64,000 nucleotides of DNA from Acetatifactor sp. GTDB lineage: Bacteria > Bacillota > Clostridia > Lachnospirales > Lachnospiraceae. Below the pieces are notes generated by a model that worked only from the letters and a program-made list of their open reading frames with translations, had not been told where the DNA came from and searched no databases. The stretch is taken from the NCBI GenBank assembly GCA_045597105.1, contig JAZODQ010000127.1, positions 19 through 64,018 on the forward strand, in the 5' to 3' direction. Made by a program: the position numbers and the translations under genes. Positions 30,616 to 41,177 of the stretch are shown here, piece by piece; position 1 is the first letter of the stretch, and every line of letters starts with the position of its first letter.

Positions 30616-30711
30616 AGTTACTCATACCTTTCACTATTCTATAATCTTTGCGTAGCTACGCAAAATAGCCTGCGCAAAAATTATTTTGCATCTCATAATT
30701 TATTTTGTACT

Positions 30712-32970
30712 TTAGTCCTGCAGATTCGCCTTAGGGGGAAACTTCTTACGAAGCACATACCACAAAGCACCTGCAAGACATACAGAAGAATATGCACCAC
30801 ATATGATACCTACCATCAGAGGCAATGCAAAATCACGAATACTTGTTACACCCAGAATATACAGAGCTGCTACCATTACGAAGGTAGTCAGTGAAGTAAA
30901 GATACTTCTGGAAAGGGTCTGTGTAATACTGGTATTGACCACTTCCTTCAAGTAATCTTCCTTACTCATAATGGATTTGTTCATAACTGCCATATTCTCA
31001 CGTACACGGTCAAAGATTACGATAGTGGCATTAATGGAATAACCTACAATCGTCAGCATACATGCCACGAAAGTATTACCTACGGATACTCTTGCAACTG
31101 CATAGAAGGTAAGTACTACCAGCACATCATGCATAAGTGCCACAACGGAACTAAAGCCAAAACGGATATCGCTAAATCTGATTCTGATATATATTAACAT
31201 ACAGATAATTGCAACCACTACTGCAATAATGGTGTCAGACTTCATCTCATCACTGATTACAGAACTAATAGTCTCAGAAGTAATCATATCTTCTGCTACA
31301 CCAAATTCTTCAGCAAGCACGGTATTGAGTGCCTCTCTCTGATCAATATTCAGATTATTGGTTTTAAAGATAACCTCATTGGAATCCTGTACGGTTTGAA
31401 TTTGAACTGCACTTCCGGTTGCGCTCTCAATATGAGGCACTACCTTATCATTAATCTCTTCCAGACTCATACTCTCTGCAAATTCAACAGTAGTTGCAGT
31501 ACCGCCCTTAAATTCCAGGCTGAAATTCAACATATCGTTGCCATTTGTCTTCTGAACACCCATCACTACGAAACCTGCAATAATCACAGCCAGTGACACT
31601 CCAAAGAAAATGCCCTTCTTGGACAAGAAGTTAATCGGCTTACGCTGCTTACCGATACCATACCACTTGGCATCCTTGATACCCAGGGCATAGAATGCCT
31701 GCATAATATATTTGGTCACTACAAGTGCTGTAAACATGGACAGTACGATACCAAGCGCCAAAGTCTGTGCAAAACCCTTGACGGTACCGGGACCCAGCAA
31801 TAACAACACACCTGCCGCAATCAATGTAGTAATATTACCATCTATGATAGCAGACAGCGCCTTATCATAACCGATTTTCATTGCGCTCTTTACAGTCTTA
31901 CCTGTAGCCAGTTCTTCTCTGATACGTGCAAAAATAATTACGTTTGCATCAACTGCCATACCGATGGACAGGATGATACCTGCGATACCGGACAGGGTCA
32001 GAGTCATGTCGAAACCATTGAGCAGCAGAACAATCAATACAACATATAAACTAAGTGCAATTGCAGATGCCACACCTGCAATATAATAAATTACTATCAT
32101 CAATACAATAACGATAACCAGACCGATAGCACCTGCCATTAAGCTGGTCTCGATTGCTTCAACACCCAGCTGCGCACCTACTACCTTAGAATGCAGTTCT
32201 TCCAGTTCCAGTTTCAGACCACCGATACGAATGGTGGAAGCCAGATTTTCAGCCTCTTCAAAAGAAGACATGGGGGATATCTGTGCCTGTCCGTCAGTAA
32301 ATACACCGCTTACGGTAGGTACACTGACAAAAGCTCCGTCATAATAAATACCCAGTCTTTCACCCTTCTGATATGCGTTTCTGGTAGCATCCTCAAACTT
32401 CTTGGTACCTTCTTCGGTCATCAACAGACTTACTGCAAAAGTACTGTTACCCATGCTGTCCTGAATGGAGCCTGCGGTAGCATCCTTTACATCCGTTCCC
32501 TCTAATTTAATGGAACCGTCCGCCTTTAAATCTTCAATTGTTTTAGCAAGCTGGGGTACACCGTTCATATCAAAGGTATAGTTCACATTACCTGTGCTGT
32601 CTGTTTCCGCAATAAAATACAGCTGACCGGGTTTACCCAAATCTTTCAGAATCTCATTAGCATCACTGACACCCGGAATTTCAATATTAATTCTGTCAGC
32701 ACCTTCCTGATAAACAATTGCTTCTGTACTGTAGTTTTCTACACGCTTCTGCAACTTTGCAATTGTATCATTCATATCGGTAATACTGGGTTCCTCATCC
32801 CCCACTACCTGATAGGTAATGCTGACACCACCTGCCAGATCCAGACCTAAATTGATATCCTTCGCGCTTCCCTTGCCAACTGCATCCACACCAAAAATAT
32901 CCACATAAGCTACACCTAAAAGCACGATGATTGCACACAGTAAAACAGCTATGGCATTACTTCTCTTCAT
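30712..32970 (-). CDS. secDF: Protein translocase SecDF fusion
   Basis: LGLDLAGG, GMAVDANVIIFARIREE, FKGGT, GYSINATIVIFDRVREN. Confidence 0.96.
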   Translation of the reverse strand: MKRSNAIAVLLCAIIVLLGVAYVDIFGVDAVGKGSAKDINLGLDLAGGVSITYQVVGDEEPSITDMNDTIAKLQKRVENYSTEAIVYQEGADRINIEIPGVSDANEILKDLGKPGQLYFIAETDSTGNVNYTFDMNGVPQLAKTIEDLKADGSIKLEGTDVKDATAGSIQDSMGNSTFAVSLLMTEEGTKKFEDATRNAYQKGERLGIYYDGAFVSVPTVSGVFTDGQAQISPMSSFEEAENLASTIRIGGLKLELEELHSKVVGAQLGVEAIETSLMAGAIGLVIVIVLMIVIYYIAGVASAIALSLYVVLIVLLLNGFDMTLTLSGIAGIILSIGMAVDANVIIFARIREELATGKTVKSAMKIGYDKALSAIIDGNITTLIAAGVLLLLGPGTVKGFAQTLALGIVLSMFTALVVTKYIMQAFYALGIKDAKWYGIGKQRKPINFLSKKGIFFGVSLAVIIAGFVVMGVQKTNGNDMLNFSLEFKGGTATTVEFAESMSLEEINDKVVPHIESATGSAVQIQTVQDSNEVIFKTNNLNIDQREALNTVLAEEFGVAEDMITSETISSVISDEMKSDTIIAVVVAIICMLIYIRIRFSDIRFGFSSVVALMHDVLVVLTFYAVARVSVGNTFVACMLTIVGYSINATIVIFDRVRENMAVMNKSIMSKEDYLKEVVNTSITQTLSRSIFTSLTTFVMVAALYILGVTSIRDFALPLMVGIICGAYSSVCLAGALWYVLRKKFPPKANLQD

Positions 32971-33007
32971 CTCTTTACACCCTTCCTTCTATCCAAAATG
33001 TATTTGC

Positions 33008-34393
33008 TTATTCTTCCGCCATGGCAGCCTTCATCATGATGGCACATTCCACGCGTTTTCTCTGAAGTTCACATCCCACATCATAAGCATCATTTATATT
33101 ACCGTGGAAATTATACGAATTCGCTGCACAGCCTCCGCTACAGTAGAACTTTGCAAAGCACTTTCTACACTTTTCCTTGGCATATACATTACAGCATTTA
33201 AACTCAGACCTGATATCGTCTCTTACAATACCCTCGTCCACATTCCCCATCAGGAATTCCTCATTACCTACAAACTGATGGCAGGGATACAAATCCCCCC
33301 AGGGTGTTACAGCCAGATACTCCGTACCTGAACCGCAACCGGACAAACGCTTAGCTACACAGGGTCCGCCTTCCAAATCAATCATAAAGTGGAAGAAATT
33401 AAATGCACGTCCTTCTTTTCTGCGTTTAAGCATCTCTACCGCCAGCTTGTCATATTCCTCCATCAGCGTAGGAATATCCTCTTCTTTGATTGCATAATAA
33501 TCACTGGGCTGTGCCACAACAGGTTCTACAGATATCTGTTTAAAGCCCAGGTCTGCCAGATGCAGTACATCCTTGGAAAAATCCAGGTTTTCATGTGTGA
33601 AGGTGCCTCTCACATAATAATTCATCTGATCACGACTTTCCGCCACCTTTTGGAACTTGGGTACGATAATATCATAGCTACCCTGTCCGCCTCTGAAGGG
33701 ACGCATCTTATCGTTTATTTCCTTACGGCCGTCAATACTCAAAACGATATTACTCATTTCCTTATTGGCAAATTCCAAAATATCGTCGTCAAGTAAGATA
33801 CCATTGGTAGTCAATGTGAAACGGAACTTTTTATTATTGGCTTCCTCTAAGCTTCTTCCGTAAGCTACCAGATCCTTTACTACCTGCCAGTTCATCAAAG
33901 GCTCACCGCCGAAGAAGTCCACTTCCAGGTTAATTCTGTTGCCGGAATTAGCCACCAGAAAATCCAGTGCTTTCTTACCCACTTCAAAGCTCATTAAAGC
34001 TCTTCTGCCATGATACTCGCCTTCTTCTGCAAAGCAGTACTGACATGCCAGATTACAGTCATGGGCGATGTGCATACACAAGGCTTTTACTACGGTCTGC
34101 CTATTCTTAAAATCAAAAACATAATTTTCATAAATATCGGGTGCAAACAGCTGACCTGCCTTTTCCAGCTCCAGCACCTCATCAACTGCTTCCAAAACTT
34201 CCTCATCGGGATACGGAATATTAGCCAGATTCAAAACTGCTGCCTTTATAGTGTCTGCATCCTTGATTCCCTCATTAATCAGCGGCTCTACCAGGGGAAT
34301 CATATCATATACAATATCGTCCACTACGTGAATGGAACCACTGTTTACGTCCATTACGATATTGTAGCCGTTATTTTTATATTGGTGTATCAC
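33008..34393 (-). CDS. scfB: SCIFF ranthipeptide radical SAM/SPASM maturase
   Basis: N-terminal RRE-like region, CNLACQYC, FFGGEP, SPASM cysteines; adjacent to scfA. Confidence 0.95.
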   Translation of the reverse strand: MIHQYKNNGYNIVMDVNSGSIHVVDDIVYDMIPLVEPLINEGIKDADTIKAAVLNLANIPYPDEEVLEAVDEVLELEKAGQLFAPDIYENYVFDFKNRQTVVKALCMHIAHDCNLACQYCFAEEGEYHGRRALMSFEVGKKALDFLVANSGNRINLEVDFFGGEPLMNWQVVKDLVAYGRSLEEANNKKFRFTLTTNGILLDDDILEFANKEMSNIVLSIDGRKEINDKMRPFRGGQGSYDIIVPKFQKVAESRDQMNYYVRGTFTHENLDFSKDVLHLADLGFKQISVEPVVAQPSDYYAIKEEDIPTLMEEYDKLAVEMLKRRKEGRAFNFFHFMIDLEGGPCVAKRLSGCGSGTEYLAVTPWGDLYPCHQFVGNEEFLMGNVDEGIVRDDIRSEFKCCNVYAKEKCRKCFAKFYCSGGCAANSYNFHGNINDAYDVGCELQRKRVECAIMMKAAMAEE

Positions 34394-34429
34394 GAAAATG
34401 CTTCCTTTCCAAAACTCTTAAACGTATAA

Positions 34430-34455
34430 TAAGCAGCGACCTGAATCGCTGCTTA
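34430..34455 (-). terminator. Stem-loop between scfA and scfB
   Basis: TAAGCAGCGA-N6-TCGCTGCTTA perfect 10-bp stem. Confidence 0.6.
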
Positions 34456-34476
34456 CATTAATCTGGTCATGTTTGA

Positions 34477-34620
34477 TTATTTAATCTTTTCACAACTCTG
34501 ATTGCCTACTGTACAAGAGGTCTTGCAAGCAGACTGACAAGAGGTCTGGCACTCACCACAACCGCCCTTTTTAACGGATTCCTTCAAATCTCTGGTTGTC
34601 AAAGTCTTAATATGCTTCAT
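34477..34620 (-). CDS. scfA: Six-cysteine ranthipeptide SCIFF precursor (47 aa)
   Basis: Manual translation MKHIKTLTTRDLKESVKKGGCGECQTSCQSACKTSCTVGNQSCEKIK; AGGAGG SD; below ORF-track cutoff. Confidence 0.97.
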   Translation of the reverse strand: MKHIKTLTTRDLKESVKKGGCGECQTSCQSACKTSCTVGNQSCEKIK

Positions 34621-34760
34621 CGCTATATAGCCTCCTTTTGTTATAAAAAGTCAAAATGGACTCTCTGTAGTATACCATAAATTTCCCGTTTGTAAAATGG
34701 TTTTTTTGTAAAAACCGATAAATTGCCATATTTTCGTTTCCGAAAACGTTTTCTTCCGAT

Positions 34761-35132
34761 TTAGCTGATCATCCCCCCCAGCATTCCTCCTCCTGCACAC
34801 AACAAGAAGGTGGTAACTACATTAGAGCCAAAGTGAAATGCTTCCCCCGGAAAAAGCAGGGACATTACAAACAGCACTGCAAAATATAAACTGCCGGTGG
34901 CAAATCCCCACAAAAACCTTTTTTCCTTCATATGCCGACCTGCCAATATGCCGCCAAGTAAATTCACAGCCACATAAACCACAATAATCACACCTGAAAT
35001 AATGCTCTTTGCCGGCAAAAGCTTCAACATCACAAATGCCAGCACTGCTAAAATCAAAAAGGTAATTATGTAAGAAAGAAGCAGACATTTCAGCAGGTAA
35101 ATGATATTATTTTTCTGTTCACCCGTAATCAA
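34761..35132 (-). CDS. TIGR04086-family membrane protein
   Basis: Four TM helices ending GGMLGGMIS; usual position upstream of scfA. Confidence 0.8.
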   Translation of the reverse strand: MITGEQKNNIIYLLKCLLLSYIITFLILAVLAFVMLKLLPAKSIISGVIIVVYVAVNLLGGILAGRHMKEKRFLWGFATGSLYFAVLFVMSLLFPGEAFHFGSNVVTTFLLCAGGGMLGGMIS

Positions 35133-35257
35133 TTTTCATCTCCCAATTTCTAAATTTTATGTTAAATATATATTCTGCAGAGTCTGAAAACTTGACAATC
35201 CCACATATATTCATGTATATTTGTTTCCAAATATATAAAAAAAGGAGTGAACCTATT

Positions 35258-36562
35258 TTGGATACCGAAGGTGTCATACAACTGATTATTTTAGTTATTC
35301 TACTCATTATGTCCGGCTTTTTTTCCTCTGCCGAAACCGCTCTTTCCACAGTGAACAGAGTACGATTGAAAGCCTTGGAAGATGAAGGGAACAAAAAGGC
35401 AAAGCTTGCCAATAAAGTACTTGCTAACTACGGCAAGATGCTCAGCACCATACTGATTGGTAATAATATCGTAAACCTGTACGCTTCTGCCCTGGCCACT
35501 ACACTTGCCATGCGCATCAATCTGGCAGTAGGTATTGCTACCGGTATACTGACCGTGGTCGTATTGATTTGCGGTGAGATTCTTCCTAAAACCTGGGCAA
35601 GAATCTATGCCGAACAGCTGACGTTAGGATATAGTGCCATTATTTACGGTCTGATGGTAATTCTTACTCCCGTAATATTTATCGTCGACAAGGTGTCACT
35701 ATTCATTATGAAACTCTTACATATTGACCCTAACAAAAAAATCAATACCATGACAGAGAATGAACTGAAGACCTACGTGGATGTCAGCCACGAGGACGGT
35801 GTTATCGAATCCGAAGAACGTGAAATCATCTATAATGTATTTGACTTTTCCGATGCACTTGCCAAGGATATCATGATTCCCCGTATCAATATGGTGACCA
35901 TCAATGTAAACGCTGACTACGAAAAAGTTTTAACTGTATTCCGTGAGTCCATGTATACCAGACTTCCCGTATATGAGGAGGAAAAGGATAATATCATCGG
36001 ACTTATTAATATAAAGGATTTCATCCTCACCAAAGATCCTGCTGCTTTTCAGGTAAGCAACATCCTTCGTGAGGCACATTACACCTATGAATTTAAGAAA
36101 AGTGCTGATTTAATGTACGAAATGCGAGAAAAAACCACCAATGTGGCTTTTGTACTCAACGAGTACGGCGCTACCGTAGGTATGATTACATTGGAAGACT
36201 TACTGGAAGAAATCGTTGGCGAAATCCGTGATGAATACGATCAGGACGAAGCAGAACTGATTCAGGAACTGGCAGAGCGTACCTATCTGGTGGAAGGCAG
36301 CATGAAGCTGGATGATATCAATAATGCGCTTGGTACCGACTTAGAAAGCGAGGATTACGACTCCATCGGCGGTATCATCATCGAAAAGCTGGACCGCCTG
36401 CCCGAGGATAATGAAGAAGTTATCGTGGAAGATAATATCACCCTAAAGGTTCAGGGCATTGACCAGAACCGCATCGTCAAAGTACTTATGACCCTTCCCG
36501 AGCCTGTGGAAGAAACATCTGAAGACGAATCAGATAAGGATTCCGAAACAGAGTCTGAATAA
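35258..36562 (+). CDS. HlyC/CorC (CNNM) family CBS-domain membrane protein
   Basis: SGFFSSAETAL, LIGNNIVN, GEILPK, tandem CBS, TLEDLLEEIVGEIRDEYD; TTG start after AAGGAG. Confidence 0.92.
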   Translation: MDTEGVIQLIILVILLIMSGFFSSAETALSTVNRVRLKALEDEGNKKAKLANKVLANYGKMLSTILIGNNIVNLYASALATTLAMRINLAVGIATGILTVVVLICGEILPKTWARIYAEQLTLGYSAIIYGLMVILTPVIFIVDKVSLFIMKLLHIDPNKKINTMTENELKTYVDVSHEDGVIESEEREIIYNVFDFSDALAKDIMIPRINMVTINVNADYEKVLTVFRESMYTRLPVYEEEKDNIIGLINIKDFILTKDPAAFQVSNILREAHYTYEFKKSADLMYEMREKTTNVAFVLNEYGATVGMITLEDLLEEIVGEIRDEYDQDEAELIQELAERTYLVEGSMKLDDINNALGTDLESEDYDSIGGIIIEKLDRLPEDNEEVIVEDNITLKVQGIDQNRIVKVLMTLPEPVEETSEDESDKDSETESE

Positions 36563-36571
36563 TAAATAAAC

Positions 36572-36614
36572 AAAAGGTATCGATACTCCCCTGTGGGAAT
36601 GTCGATACCTTTTT
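36572..36614. terminator. Bidirectional terminator between convergent genes
   Basis: AAAAGGTATCGA...TCGATACCTTTT. Confidence 0.8.
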
Positions 36615-36646
36615 CATACCTTCGTTGCTACTGTCGTAGTTTTTAC

Positions 36647-38209
36647 TTACGCCTCATATCCCAGGCTCTTGAAGCAAACATAACTACCGTTATCTGTGCC
36701 GTTACCGGAAGCATAAATACCTGCGGTACAGCCTACGAAGCCTCCTGCTACTTCTGTAGACAGTGCGGATACACATGCTTTACCGATTTCTGCACCGTTT
36801 ACCAGTACCTTTGCATCCAGGCCTTCGATTACCATAGTCAGCTGTTGTTCGTTGCCGGATACAGCTACGCTGCCGATGACTTCATCCTGTCCGTTCTGGC
36901 ACAGAATCGCCTTTGCCTCACCTGCGCTTACTTCCAGTCGTAAGTTGTAATCATTATTCTGCATATATGCCAGACCTGCACTCTCTGCACCCTGTAGATT
37001 TGCTGCACATACTGTTGCAGTGACTGTAAAATTATGATGCTGCTGGCGGATTGCCACATAGGAAGAACTGATATTGTCCTTCATGGTAGGTGCTGCCAGT
37101 TTCAGGTTAATACCCTTCTCATCCAGCTTATACATATCTGCTACGGGATTTCTCAACATCAGGAATTCATGTCCCAGCTTTTCCATCTTGGTAAAATCAT
37201 ATACACGATTACTGCCGGGTACAGCAGTAAACTGTTTCGTTCTGTTGGTATAGGAATCCGGCTCCTTCACAGGATCCCACTCAGGCAGATTGATTTCCAC
37301 CTCATCGGTGAGCATACCTACACCGGGATTTACTACCGGCCAGCCATCCTCCCAGGTCACCTTTGCCAGGAAGGTCTCACGGCCCATGGTGGTATAGCAT
37401 TCCAAGGGACGAACTGCCAGCATTACCATGTACCACTCGCCGTTTACAGTCTCTACGATATCAGAATGACCTACATACTGGATGGGATAATCCTTACCCA
37501 GATGTCTGTGGGTCAGTATAGGGTTCTTTTTGAAATTTTCATAAGGGCCCCAGATGTCCTTACTTCTGCACACAGATACGGCATGGTCAGGACCTGTACC
37601 GCCTTCTGCGTGCATGATGTAATAGTATCCGTCCTTGTAATACAGATGAGGACCCTCAGGCCATATTACATTCTTCATGGCCCCGTTCCAAACATCTTTC
37701 TTGGGTCCTACCAGCTTCATAGTTTCCAAATCCAGCTGCTGGATCCAGATGTACCAGTCACCGTCATACTTACATCCATCGGGATTGGGATGGGTACCGA
37801 TATAGTAGCAGGTACCATCCTGGTCAAAGAACAGACTGGGATCAATACCATCCGCCCCCTCAATATAGTAGGGCTCAGACCAGGGACCTTCAGGACTGGT
37901 TGCCGTTACGATATAATTGCCGCCATAAGACACATTGGTACAAATCACATAAAAGGTACCGTCATAGTAGCGGATTGTAGGTGCAAACAGACCTCTGGAA
38001 TGTCCGGTATCCTTCAGGGGCAGCTGAGACTCTCTGTCCATTACATTGCCGATTTGCTCAAAATGAACCAAATCCTTGCTATGAAGTACCGGAAGACCGG
38101 GGAAGTATGCAAAAGTGGAATTCACCAGATAGAAGTCCTCTCCTACTGCACACATGGAAGGATCCGGAAAAAATCCGGGCATAATAGGGTTTTTTGAAAT
38201 AACGCTCAT
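36647..38209 (-). CDS. GH43 beta-xylosidase/arabinofuranosidase
   Basis: NPIMPGFFPDPS, GIDPSLFFD, WPEGPHLY, GRETFL, C-terminal GGFVG. Confidence 0.92.
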   Translation of the reverse strand: MSVISKNPIMPGFFPDPSMCAVGEDFYLVNSTFAYFPGLPVLHSKDLVHFEQIGNVMDRESQLPLKDTGHSRGLFAPTIRYYDGTFYVICTNVSYGGNYIVTATSPEGPWSEPYYIEGADGIDPSLFFDQDGTCYYIGTHPNPDGCKYDGDWYIWIQQLDLETMKLVGPKKDVWNGAMKNVIWPEGPHLYYKDGYYYIMHAEGGTGPDHAVSVCRSKDIWGPYENFKKNPILTHRHLGKDYPIQYVGHSDIVETVNGEWYMVMLAVRPLECYTTMGRETFLAKVTWEDGWPVVNPGVGMLTDEVEINLPEWDPVKEPDSYTNRTKQFTAVPGSNRVYDFTKMEKLGHEFLMLRNPVADMYKLDEKGINLKLAAPTMKDNISSSYVAIRQQHHNFTVTATVCAANLQGAESAGLAYMQNNDYNLRLEVSAGEAKAILCQNGQDEVIGSVAVSGNEQQLTMVIEGLDAKVLVNGAEIGKACVSALSTEVAGGFVGCTAGIYASGNGTDNGSYVCFKSLGYEA

Positions 38210-38235
38210 AGTTACCTCCTCATAATCTTACTGAT

Positions 38236-41121
38236 TTATTGCTGATAAAAGCTTTCAATAGGGCCCATATAGGACGCCTTTAATTTCTCGTTTGCAGGAT
38301 ATACCAGGATTCTCTCCAGCATCACACCGCTGTCCAGTGCTCCGATGGTCAGAGTCTGCAGGCCCTGAGCAAAATCAAGTGTAGTAGCAGTCACGCGAAT
38401 GTGATCCAGTACGCCCTGACACCATGCAACTTCTGCATTATCGCCACCGCGGAACTTAGGACTGAGTATCTGCAGTTTCTTGGACGCTTCCTCATTTGCT
38501 CTGATTTCTACGGCAACTTCTTTGCCATGTACCAGAGAGTTGGAAGGAGAAGTCCATACTTCCACATTGTATGTTCCCGCTTCTTTGATATAGAAACCAT
38601 AGGTAATCTCCGGCTTATCTGCCCCTTGTGTATAACTTGCTGTAGCAGGCAGCACCTTCATACCGTTACCGCTTCTGCCACAGTCAGGAATCAGGGTATA
38701 TGCTGCATCAGGCATATCCTTCTTGGTCAAGAAATGATTTGCCTCCATTACAATCACACCATTATCATCGGTGAAGTAGCCTGTAGGCAGCTTCGCTGTT
38801 TCTGCACACTGCTGACCTCTTATCTGCACTGCTACAGTGGCATCTCCATCATTAATCAGTAATCTGACGGTCTCCATTTCAACAGGCAGGACCTGACGTT
38901 CACACAAGATGGTCACACGCTCTAAATCTTCTACGGTACCCTCCATGGGACATACCTTAAGCCATGCCGGTAATTCACCGTTTTCTACGGTAATATGGTA
39001 ATTCACACTACCTACACCATCATTGCTGATTTCTACTGCGGTCTGTGTCACTCCTTCAGAAAGGAAATCATCTACAATGATACACATGGGTGTACCGTAA
39101 TTCTTCACTGCCAATATATTATCATCCGCTCTGGATACACTGATGCGTGCCTTGGTTACAGGCTCCACATGCATCTTCAACGGATATCTCCAACCATCAT
39201 CATTCCATTTGGTAAAGCCGATATGCTGCTCCAGCTCCATACCTCTCCACTTACCGTCACGGAAGTCACCAAACTGTGCTACCAGCTGCTTATCCAATGC
39301 AATGCACTCGTCCACCAGCTGCGCATACTTATTGGCAACCTTACGGCCCTGCAGCGCATAATGTTTGTTCTTTGCTGCATACAGGTTCATACGAAGCAGG
39401 TTCATGCTTGCCTTGGCAGGGAAATACATCATACTCCAGTATGCAATCTTTGCATTACCGGTAAGCTGTGCATATACAGCCTCATTCAGCTCATCTACAC
39501 GTGCTGCTCTTTCCAGCATTCTGTCTGCTTCACTGTAATTGCAGGGATGATAAATATCTGCATTCTGTGCTTCGGGACGACGCTTTGCATTCAGTTCCAC
39601 GTAACTGCTGTAGACTGTTGCAATCTGCTCCTGCAGCTCCTCAGATACTGCAGGAAATACCTGCTTCACCCACTGCTTCATATAGCAGTTGTAACTGCCG
39701 GGTGCACTGCTGCCCCACTTTTCATAATCATAGGCCAGATTCAGGAAGTAATTCAGTGCCACTTCATTTCCCTTTAAATCGCCTACATTTACAATCCAAA
39801 CATCGCGAATACCGAAATCATATGCCTGGGTCATCTGCTCCCAGGTCTTGCCAAAGGTAGTGGAAGGCATCCACTCATAGGAAATGGGACCACCATGATA
39901 ATCAAAATGGTAGTACATACCAAATCCGCCCTTGTGCTTTCTCATCTCCTCTGTAGGAAGGGTTCTCATATAACCGAAATTATCTTCACACAGCATGAAG
40001 ATTACATTTTCCAGCTCATCCCAGTTCTTTAATCCTTCCGTCTGCTCATCACCATAGAAATAAGCTTCTACTTCCTTGTACAGAGCCAGCAGCTGGGGAA
40101 CACTGTCCACATCTGCATTTACATGTTTGCCAATCAGCTCACGCTGTTTCTTAATAATATCCTTTAATAAATCAATATTGTCCTTAAGAGTTGCATCGGG
40201 ACCTAACATGGAGCTGTCGCGCTCACCTCTCATACCAATGGTAATCAGGTGCTCGTACTTACCGCTTCTTGCAAGTCCGTCTTCCCAATATTTCGCCAGA
40301 CCTTCCGCATTGGTATAATAATTCCACTCATTACCGTATACGGTATCCACTCCTCTGACCTTATCCCACTCCTCGCTGGCACGCAGACAGGGCTCATGGT
40401 GGGAGAAACCGATAACCACACCGTAAATGTCAGCCAGTTCTTCATTTAAACATCCGGGACCATCCAGAGGGAAGGACGAACTCCACATTGCAGGCCATAA
40501 ATAGTTACCCTTCATACGAAGTAAAAATTCAAATACATAATCATACATTTCAGCAGTGAAACCGTTAAAATGTGAAAAGGTCCAGTTACCGAAGCAGGGC
40601 CACTCATCATTGATAAAGAAGCCCCTGAACTTCACGCTGGGTTCTTTGGACACCATCTCGATATCCTCTGCAAGCACCAACTTATCCTGCTTCTCAGGCT
40701 CAGCATCACCCCAGTAGCACATAGGGCTTACACCAATATATTCAGACAGACGGAACATACCGTAAATGGTACCACGCTTGTCACTACCGACGATCACCAG
40801 TGCCTTCTTTACACCGGGAAAAGGAGCTTCTACCAGCTGAAGGGAAAATACCTCCCATTTTCCTTCCACTGCACTTTTGTCAATCTTACCTGCCGCATCA
40901 AGCTCATCCAGCAATGCACTGTTGCCAACAGTGGCTGCAAATACGATTTCTTCTGCCTGAATATCCTTCGCATTTACAACTTCCGATACCTGCGGAAGCA
41001 CTCCGCTTACCTTTTCCACATCCTTTGCAACCTTGCCGAAAATGCGTTTCACGCCTTCATATGCGGACTGCTCCACAACAAAGGGAATTGCTTTATTCTG
41101 TCCTGCCAATAAAATATTCAT
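38236..41121 (-). CDS. GH115 xylan alpha-1,2-glucuronidase
   Basis: GSDKRGTIYG, PSVKFRGFFINDEWP, NYLWPAMW, SHHEP, WIVNVGDLK. Confidence 0.92.
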   Translation of the reverse strand: MNILLAGQNKAIPFVVEQSAYEGVKRIFGKVAKDVEKVSGVLPQVSEVVNAKDIQAEEIVFAATVGNSALLDELDAAGKIDKSAVEGKWEVFSLQLVEAPFPGVKKALVIVGSDKRGTIYGMFRLSEYIGVSPMCYWGDAEPEKQDKLVLAEDIEMVSKEPSVKFRGFFINDEWPCFGNWTFSHFNGFTAEMYDYVFEFLLRMKGNYLWPAMWSSSFPLDGPGCLNEELADIYGVVIGFSHHEPCLRASEEWDKVRGVDTVYGNEWNYYTNAEGLAKYWEDGLARSGKYEHLITIGMRGERDSSMLGPDATLKDNIDLLKDIIKKQRELIGKHVNADVDSVPQLLALYKEVEAYFYGDEQTEGLKNWDELENVIFMLCEDNFGYMRTLPTEEMRKHKGGFGMYYHFDYHGGPISYEWMPSTTFGKTWEQMTQAYDFGIRDVWIVNVGDLKGNEVALNYFLNLAYDYEKWGSSAPGSYNCYMKQWVKQVFPAVSEELQEQIATVYSSYVELNAKRRPEAQNADIYHPCNYSEADRMLERAARVDELNEAVYAQLTGNAKIAYWSMMYFPAKASMNLLRMNLYAAKNKHYALQGRKVANKYAQLVDECIALDKQLVAQFGDFRDGKWRGMELEQHIGFTKWNDDGWRYPLKMHVEPVTKARISVSRADDNILAVKNYGTPMCIIVDDFLSEGVTQTAVEISNDGVGSVNYHITVENGELPAWLKVCPMEGTVEDLERVTILCERQVLPVEMETVRLLINDGDATVAVQIRGQQCAETAKLPTGYFTDDNGVIVMEANHFLTKKDMPDAAYTLIPDCGRSGNGMKVLPATASYTQGADKPEITYGFYIKEAGTYNVEVWTSPSNSLVHGKEVAVEIRANEEASKKLQILSPKFRGGDNAEVAWCQGVLDHIRVTATTLDFAQGLQTLTIGALDSGVMLERILVYPANEKLKASYMGPIESFYQQ

Positions 41122-41177
41122 GAATTCTATTATTCCTTTCCTGCCTTAATTTCAGTATTTCCCTTCTTCTCTCTGCA

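Noticed and set aside
37034-38197. 387-aa plus-strand ORF (similar cases at 19477, 25103 and 38995)
   Set aside because: Antisense shadows of well-supported genes with non-protein-like composition.
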